A DNA stretch of 55,999 nt from Octopus bimaculoides. Taxonomy: Eukaryota. Both the position numbers and the translations under genes were made by a program. The notes under the pieces were generated by a model. The model did no database searches. It saw only the letters and a list, made by a program, of their open reading frames with translations, and was not told the DNA's origin. Of the stretch, positions 48,833 through 55,999 are shown in pieces. Each line of letters opens with the position of its first letter. Within the stretch, counting starts at the first letter, position 1. The stretch spans positions 19,363,436-19,419,434 of the forward strand of contig NC_068997.1 in the NCBI RefSeq assembly GCF_001194135.2. The letters run 5' to 3'.

Positions 48833-49555
48833 CACACACAAACACACAAACACACACATTCCTTTTGACAAGTCATTTTGTTTTTTACTTTCCAACTGGG
48901 TTTCTGACAATTCTTTGCACCAGACTAGCCTGATGGAAGTGGGTGCCAGTTTAGTCACCAAAATAAATCCAGTCATTTAATAGGTTGTAGTCTCTTACAT
49001 GTTACTAGTAGCACTCACAAGACACATGCAAAACGAAAAAGAAAGGCCAGACCAAGCATAGAGTTAACAACTGACTATCTAGCAACTGTCAGGGTAGGCA
49101 AATACTGCACTGGAGCATTTTTTAGAATAGCAACAGATAGAAAAGTTACATCATATGCTCTATGCTAGCAAAACAGGAGTAAACCTATTAAAAAAAATCT
49201 CAACTAAGGCAGCAGGTGGCTGTATGCATCACATAGCAATTTAGTATCTTATTTTGTGTCTTCTAGTTTCTGTATGCAACCTACTTGGCCATATGTTTGA
49301 TATTATTAAGATTGGCAGTCATTAAAACATCAGACAAAATGCTTTACAATATTCCTTCCAGCTCTTTACATTCTGAGTTCAAATCCCATGAAAGTCAACT
49401 TCGCCTTTTATACCTCTGAGGAGTGGTGTAGTCAATAAAATAAAATATCAATCAAGTGCTGAGTTTGATGATATCGACTAACTGTTTGCCACTAAACTTT
49501 TAGCCAGTGCTCCTTTATTAGAAACAGTTATTAGACAAACTTCATTTGTAGATTC

Positions 49556-49822
49556 AAGTGTAGTCGTGTGGTAAGAAGCTTGCTTCCTAACCACATGGTT
49601 CTGGGTTCAGTCCCACTGTGTGGCACTTTGGGTAAGTGTCTTTTACTATAGCTTTGAGCCGACCAAAGCCTGATGAGTGGTTGTGGTAGATGGAAACTAG
49701 AAGAAGGCTGTTGTATAAAGATATATATCTATGTGAGTCTTTTTATCTGTGTTTGTCCCCCATCACTGCTTGACAGTTTGTGTTGGTGTTTACATCACTG
49801 TAACTTAGAGTTTCTGCAAAAA
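49556..49822 (+). mobile_element. SINE family A, 3'-truncated
   Basis: Head and body to TAACTTAG, ending at the RT fragment. Confidence 0.85.
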
Positions 49823-49825
49823 TGA

Positions 49826-49924
49826 CCACCAGATGAGGGAGCGGGGAACCTTGTCAAAGGCTTTCTCCATGTCAACGAAAGCTAGGTACAGAGGTTTATC
49901 TTTGGCTAGGTATTTCTCCTGCAG
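49826..49924 (-). mobile_element. 99-bp internal RTE reverse-transcriptase fragment
   Basis: LQEKYLAKDKPLYLAFVDMEKAFDKVPRSLIWW, no stops; contains the non-LTR RT motif FxDxxKAFD. Confidence 0.9.
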
Positions 49925-49929
49925 AACAA

Positions 49930-50210
49930 CCTGTTCATGAAATTAACGTGCAAATGGCTGAGCACTCCACAAACATGCATACCCTTAACATAGTTCTCAG
50001 AGAGATTCAGTGTGACTCAGAATGTGACAAAGCTGGCTCTTTGAAATACAAGTACAGCTCATTTTTGCCAGCTGAATGGACTGGAGAAACATGAAATGGA
50101 GTGTCCTGCTCAAGGATACAATGTGCTGCTGGTGGTGGGGGTGGGTGCAAATCAAAGTCACAACCGTATGATCATAATCCGAATACCCATAACCACTGAG
50201 TCATGCGCCT
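49930..50210 (-). mobile_element. SINE family C
   Basis: Reverse complement GGCGCATGACTCAGTGG head and core; a similar core at 43395-43490 (-). Confidence 0.7.
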
Positions 50211-51254
50211 TCTTTGAACCCCAAACCACATATTGGGAAGTGAACACTTAGCCGCCCAGCCAAGCTAGCACCTGTATATAACATAACTTATATGTCAAAA
50301 CATATATATGCATGTCTTTATTACACACACACACACATGTATTTAAATCAGGAGGGGAAGCAGCTGTGCTCAAGATCTTCACAGGCCTTCAAAGTTTGAT
50401 GAAACTGAGAGGGCTGATGTTGAAAGCACACATGTTTAAGTCAATATCTACAGAAAAAAAATGAGGGCAGGTAGGTAATTGCAGATGGTTGACAATCTGA
50501 AGAAGGGTGGATTGCCTAAATAAATGGTTAGTACAAGGCTAAAGGTAGGTACAAGTGGTAACTGGGAAGAAAAGAAGAGGGGTGAATGGAAGTGGTATGC
50601 AGTTAATTATTTATGTAATTAGGAAGAACTAGTAAATAGAACAAGTGGGTGGGTTAGATGAAGCATTGGAATGTTGCACAAAATGCCTACCAGTCCTTAG
50701 TTATGGTAGTTTACATTCTGAGTTCAAATCCTGCTGAGGGCAGCTGTGCCTTTTTTTCCTTCTGGGCTTGATTAAATAAAGTATCAGTCAAGTACTGTGG
50801 TCAATTTATATTTCTGTAATACATCCTAGTTGTGAATGAAATTGTAATAGAAAGGTGAGGAGAAAGAATGGGAGAACATCTACATGATGTTCAGTCTGCT
50901 AGAAATAGCAGCAAAATCTCTTTTGAATCACACTCTATTGCTTTTATAAAAAGGACCCCTATTGGATGCTATTCTTAAGGACAAACAACAACACCCCCCA
51001 CCCAGCAAAAGAGAGATGGGATAGTCATGATTTGGATACTTTTGATCATAGTTCAACTATAGTTGACTCATCACCAAACAAGAACGACAACAATTGAGAG
51101 CAAGACTTGGAAACAGGATGTATCAAATGATACTGTGGATGTGAAATGCAGAGTTTGAATATATATAACTCTCTTGTTGCATGGCTTTAATCAAGAAAGA
51201 ATGTATGAAAGATATTAGGGGAAAAGTAGTAGTGTGAGAAAAAAGGGATATCTT

Positions 51255-51690
51255 TCTCTTATCTCTTGCTTGTTTCAGGTGGCCATGCTGGAGCACCACC
51301 TTGAAGAATTTTAGTCAAATGAATCAACCCAGTACTTTTTTTTTTTTTAAAGTCTGATATTTATTCTATCGGTCTCTTTTGCTGAACCACTAAGTTATGG
51401 AGACATAAAAACACCAAAGAACAGACCTTTGATCAAAAGTATCCCAACCATAATAGTGTAAGTGGGAGGCAAACACAATAAGTGGGGGACAAACACAGAC
51501 ACAAAGATACAAACAGATATATATGACAGGCTTCTTTCAGTTTCCATCTACCAAATCCACTCACAAGGCCTTGGTCAGCCCGAAGCTATAGTATAAGACA
51601 CTTGCCTAAAGTGCCAAGCAGTGAGACTGAACCTGTAACCATGTGGTTAGGAAGCAAGCTCCTTACCACACAGTCACGCCTGTACCTATA
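51255..51690 (-). mobile_element. SINE family A, near full length
   Basis: Reverse complement spans the TAGGTACAGGCGTGACTGTGTGG head to the AAACAAGCAAGAG tail. Confidence 0.9.
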
Positions 51691-52166
51691 ATGACGGTTG
51701 CTCCCATCAGTTTCGACATATGAGTGTTTGAAGGAGAGGACTCAAAGTTAAAGAGAGTAATAGAAAGAAAGAAAAAGCAATTAAGAAGGTGCATTTATTT
51801 ACAATGCGTGAAAGTAATTTGAATCCAGGTATGGATTTTATTATGAAGTCACTATGGAGACATTGATGATGTTGATTTTTGCCAGGGATTAGGAAAGTGT
51901 GTCTGTTGATTGCAGGATATGGCTCTTCTACTCAAATTGTTTGGATGCATCATGACACATTTTACGTCATGCAGATCGATCTAGGCAATGATTTTCCCAA
52001 CATGTCAGGTTAAGCTATAGAGACTTTACTGATCACTTCAAGGAGAGGTCTTCCTTTGCTATGATATCCCTCCACTTATTGGCCATACAGAAGAATTTTC
52101 AGAATACAGTCATTTTCATTTGAACATGTCCTACCTATCTGTATTGAATTCTCATCAGCATGCTGA

Positions 52167-52941
52167 TATATATGGAATTATGAAATATCTAGGGGCAGTT
52201 AATAAATAAATAAATCAGCAGTTTTTATACCCCAAGCTATTATCTCTTATTTGTATCTTGAGGCATTAAAGTATGAGGTTATTTGAATCTGATGCTCAAT
52301 CACTCTATTTTTTTTTTTTTTTTGCCTGTTGCCCTACCAGTTCTGATATCCCAAGGCCTTGAATGGTAGCAATATTATTATAAGGCAGTGACCTGGCAGA
52401 ATCATTACTGGACCAGTAAATTTTTTCACCTCTTCCTTCCTTCCTTCTTCATCTATCACACCTTCTTTTCTCATTCATGTGTTGTGATGGAGAAAAACAC
52501 AAAAGTATTATTATAGTAGATGGTTTCAAACTTTGGCACAAGACCAACAATTTCAGGGAGGAGGAAAGTCAATCACATTGACCCCAGTGCTCAACTGGTT
52601 TTTACACCCTGAAAGGGTGAAAAGCAAAACTAACCCCTGCGGAATTTGAACTCAGAACATAACAACAGACAAAATATGGCTAGATCTTTCGTCCAGTGAG
52701 CTAACAGTTCTGCTTGCTCACTGCCTTAACTTCATATTATAATAATAAAATCAGTAAGTTAGATGATGATAACACTTGCATACTTTGATGGCTCCATAAA
52801 TAGAGTGATTGAGCATCAGATTCAAATAACCTCATACTTTAATGCCTCAAGATACAAATAAGAGATAATAGCTTGGGGTATAAAAACTGCTGATTTATTT
52901 ATTTATTAACTGCCCCTAGATATTTCATAATTCCATATATA
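52167..52941. repeat. Perfect 144-bp inverted repeat (52167-52310 and 52798-52941) around a 487-bp loop
   Basis: Base-by-base comparison found identical arms. Confidence 0.95.
52510..52729 (-). mobile_element. SINE family B, old copy, inside the inverted-repeat loop
   Basis: Reverse complement has GAGTTCAAATTCCGC and a family B tail, with many substitutions. Confidence 0.75.
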
Positions 52942-53414
52942 ATGTTTATATCTCCATAAACAACGAACTGCTATCAAAGAGTATATATATATATATATAT
53001 ATTTACTTCTTTTGTTCTTTAATCTATTGTGGTTATATTTCATAGATATCTTTTATTAGATTATGTATATTCAATACATTGCTTCTGGTTATCCTCCCTG
53101 TGAATTCAGGCTTTGTTACAACACTGGCCTTTCAAAAGAAGGCAATTCCATGATAATATTTTATGGACAGCTTTCTTCATGAAAACATCTATGTTTGTGA
53201 TATAATTTTGGTTCCTTATTAATTGATATCCGTTCTGTTTTTTTTAATTCACCAGAGAGTTTTTCTGTTATCTCTTGCTTTTTTCCTAAAATAACATTAT
53301 ATTTCTTGTTGTTTAACCCTGAGTGGGCCTTCATTGAGCAGAGAAGACCTTTGATCAAAGACATTCTAGCCATGACCATTGTATTTTTTTTTTTTTTTCT
53401 TTTTTGTCAGTCAC

Positions 53415-53567
53415 TAGTGTAGGCATGGTTATGAGGCTAAGAAACTTGCTTGGCAACCACATGACTATGGGTTCTGTCTCACTGTGCAGCACCTTGAGCA
53501 AGTATTTTTTATCCCCCTCCCCCAAATTTCAGGCTTTGTACTTCAGTAGAAAGGATTATTATTATCA

Positions 53568-53628
<61 letters not shown>

Positions 53629-53900
53629 CATTATNNNNNNNNNNATTATTATTATTATTATTATTATTATTAATAATAATAATAATAATATAGGGTGGCA
53701 AGCTGGCAGTATCATTAGCATGCCAGGCAAAATGTTTTGCGGTATTTTGTCCATCCTTATGTTTTGAGTTCTAATTCCAACAAAGTTGATTTTGCCTTTC
53801 ATCCTTTCAGGGGGTTAATGAAACGAATACCAGTTACACAATAGCCCCTCCCCACCAAATTTCAGGTCTTGTGCCTGTGGTAGAAAGGGTTATTATTATT
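53415..53900 (+). mobile_element. SINE cluster: A head (53415-53505), B tail (53510-53560), (ATT)n, full B copy (53693-53900)
   Basis: Matches to families A and B. Confidence 0.8.
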
Positions 53901-54383
53901 ATCATTTATCAGCAAAAAGTTACAAAAGTCATACAAGAATTGAGTTTTATGCATGGCACTTATCATGTCAAAGCATGAAACTCTCGGAGTCCTTTAGTCA
54001 CTTCTGTAATTTTCTGCCAATTTAGAATAATATAAATGTCTTCATGTATTAAGATCGGTTCATCCTCATTGTTCTATCAAAGTGATGATAACAGATAAGC
54101 AAACAAATAGAAAGATAGATAGAGAGAGGTACAGAGAGAAAGAGAGAGAGGCAGATAGATAGAGAGCGGGATAAACAGACAGCTAGTTATAGAGAGAGTT
54201 ATAGATAGACAGAGAGCAGGATAAACAGAGAGAGAGAGAGAGAGGTAGATAGACAGAGAGCGGGATAAAGAGACTGACAGACAGATACATAGATAGAGAG
54301 AGAGAGAGAGGGGGGGGGGCAGATAGACAGAGAGCGAGATAAATAGACAGATTAGATAGATAGAGAGAGAGAGAGAGAAATAC

Positions 54384-54460
54384 ATGCGTTTCCATATGTA
54401 TGTGTGCGCTCGTGCTGAGGGGCGGTGACTTGAGAACTTTCAATGCCAAGTTCGAAGTAT
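54384..54460 (-). other. Weak candidate 5' exon (UTR or coding)
   Basis: Strong acceptor cttttatttattttttcag; donor CAT|GTATTT moderate; two open frames (YFELGIESSQVTAPQHERTHTYGNA and TSNLALKVLKSPPLSTSAHIHMETH). Confidence 0.3.
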
Positions 54461-55444
54461 CTGAAAAAATAAATAAAAGGTAGAATGCTTCTACCAAGTA
54501 GACTCGGTTTGAATTCTTGTCCCATTAACGTACCCGGATATATATATTTATATATGATAAAAGATTGGGTACAGTTACCATCCCATTGGTTCTGTTTTAA
54601 GGTCTAACAAAAAAAGGAAGATAAGTTTCACCAAGTTCTAAGGTTTTAGATAAAAGCAGTCAAACATCCGTAACACACACTCATATACACATTATTCATA
54701 TGTAGGTCGGAGGAAGTTGAAAAAGTTTGTTTTGGTTTTCGTGTGTGTGAGTGTAAAAGGTTGGGGGAAGAGGTACTCCGTCTGGTTATTTAATAGATGT
54801 TATTTTGACTGGCGAACATATCTAGGTAAACTAGATCAGTACCATGTGTTAACTTCGCAGCTGAGACACTGGAATCAACAACAACAAACTCTGAGAAAAA
54901 TAATAATACTAATAAAACCAAAAAAAAAACTTTGACCGAATTTTAAATCCGACATTTGAAATTCTGTCTCAGCACGAAAAGACTGTAAAGTGGTGACTAT
55001 CGCTTCTTTAACATTCCTCTATCTTGTTCATGTCGATTTACGAGATATAATATATATTTTTGGAAAACTAAAATAATTATCGTAAGTTTTTTTTTTATCT
55101 ATCTATCTATCTACACTTGTATTTCTTGTTCTTTCTTCGATACAAAATTAACTTTGTTTATATTTTGTGGAAAACATACTATCGTTGCTGTTTTCTTTTT
55201 TTTAAATGTCTTTGAGGATGAAAGGAAAAAGAAATAATTATAAAATCTGACTAGACAGACTCCCAGCCAACTTCTGCTAGTAATCCTGGCTGAGGCCTGT
55301 GGCACCAATTCTTTGTCAATTGGTCTTAGCCTCGGCTGATAAGTAGTTTTGGCGGTCTTTCAATTGTTGTTCAGATTTAATATGAACAATAATTAAAAGA
55401 ATGCCGTATTTTTTATTCTGTTGTTGAATGATTTGCAATCTTTG

Positions 55445-55780
55445 CTCTTTGTTCTTCCAAACACGGTCCAAATATTTCCAATATTCTTTCAAACTACATC
55501 ATTATTTTGAATTTACCTTCACTTTCCCTGTAGTCTATTCCACATATTTATCATTCTTTCTTAAAATAAATGTTTTCCTTATGATTAGTTTCATTTATTG
55601 CTTATAAATTTTCATATCCCAGCCCTTTTTGTCATTTTCTTCTACTATTCCACAAACATATTCTTCATAAATTTCCTCTGTGTATATTCCATTAATGATT
55701 TTATGAAAGAAATCCGAAACATATTCTTCACAAACTTCTTTGGTGTGTTTATACCCATTCACCCATTCATGATCTTAAAA
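55445..55780 (-). mobile_element. Degenerate CR1/L2-like LINE ORF2 3' end
   Basis: Broken peptides FAFKIMNG, GWDMKIYKQ, RMINMWNRL, YWKYLDRVW in the order of the CR1/L2 C-terminus (FKI..G, RGH.LK, RVVN.WN.LP, FK..LD). Confidence 0.5.
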
Positions 55781-55999
55781 GCAAAAAGAACAACGAAAAA
55801 GAACTCATTATATTAAGATAGTTTATTTTACATATTAACATATTTAGTTATAATTAATACCACCCCACTCTCGGAAAAAAAAATTCTCATTATATATTCC
55901 GATATAATCAGAATCTACATCATCTGAAGAATAATTGTTGAAATTTTCATAAAAATTGTCCATTTTTCTGGAAGTTATTAGGCAACAAAGTCGGGGGGG

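Larger units (their letters stand above)
54380..55999. promoter_or_regulatory. CpG-retaining region, possible unmethylated promoter/5' end
   Basis: Manual count ~32 CpG in ~1.6 kb versus ~20 in 50-54 kb. Confidence 0.4.

Noticed and set aside
53253-53285. 33-nt minus-strand exon candidate (KKQEITEKLS)
   Set aside because: Splice signals are acceptable, but it does not join in frame with neighbouring candidates; left unresolved.
665-54497. Dozens of ORF-track ORFs with YI, CV, HT, poly-H/D/M or X runs
   Set aside because: They are translations of microsatellites and N gaps, not genes.

Overview
AT-rich, repeat-saturated eukaryotic scaffold with about 12 N-gaps, most next to microsatellites. 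The SINE families, RTE-type LINE ends with (GAT)n tails and compound microsatellites look like octopus (coleoid cephalopod) DNA; this is recognition from memory, not a database result. Nearly all ORF-track entries are microsatellite or N-gap artefacts. The window appears to be mostly intron of one or possibly two unidentified minus-strand protein-coding genes. Small candidate exons lie at about 45.7, 33.7, 23.2, 23.0, 20.2 and 5.8 kb, with weaker ones elsewhere. Mobile element content: three tRNA-like SINE families (my labels A, B, C), RTE and CR1/L2-like LINE fragments, mariner/Tc1, hAT and piggyBac-type remnants, and palindromic Penelope-like elements. Most interesting: (1) a ~1 kb array at 27.5-28.4 kb built on a TTCCTGGAAAGTTCC core, first as 21-bp tandem units that fold back on themselves, then as a repeat-spacer series; (2) a perfect 144-bp inverted repeat around a decayed 487-bp loop at 52.2-52.9 kb; (3) a perfect 99-bp hairpin at 38.6-38.9 kb with a near-intact minimal hammerhead ribozyme motif at its loop/arm junction; (4) two CpG-retaining patches (23.3-24.2 kb and 54.4-56 kb) just upstream of exon clusters. 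All exon calls, counts and alignments were made by eye and need RNA-seq or computational confirmation.
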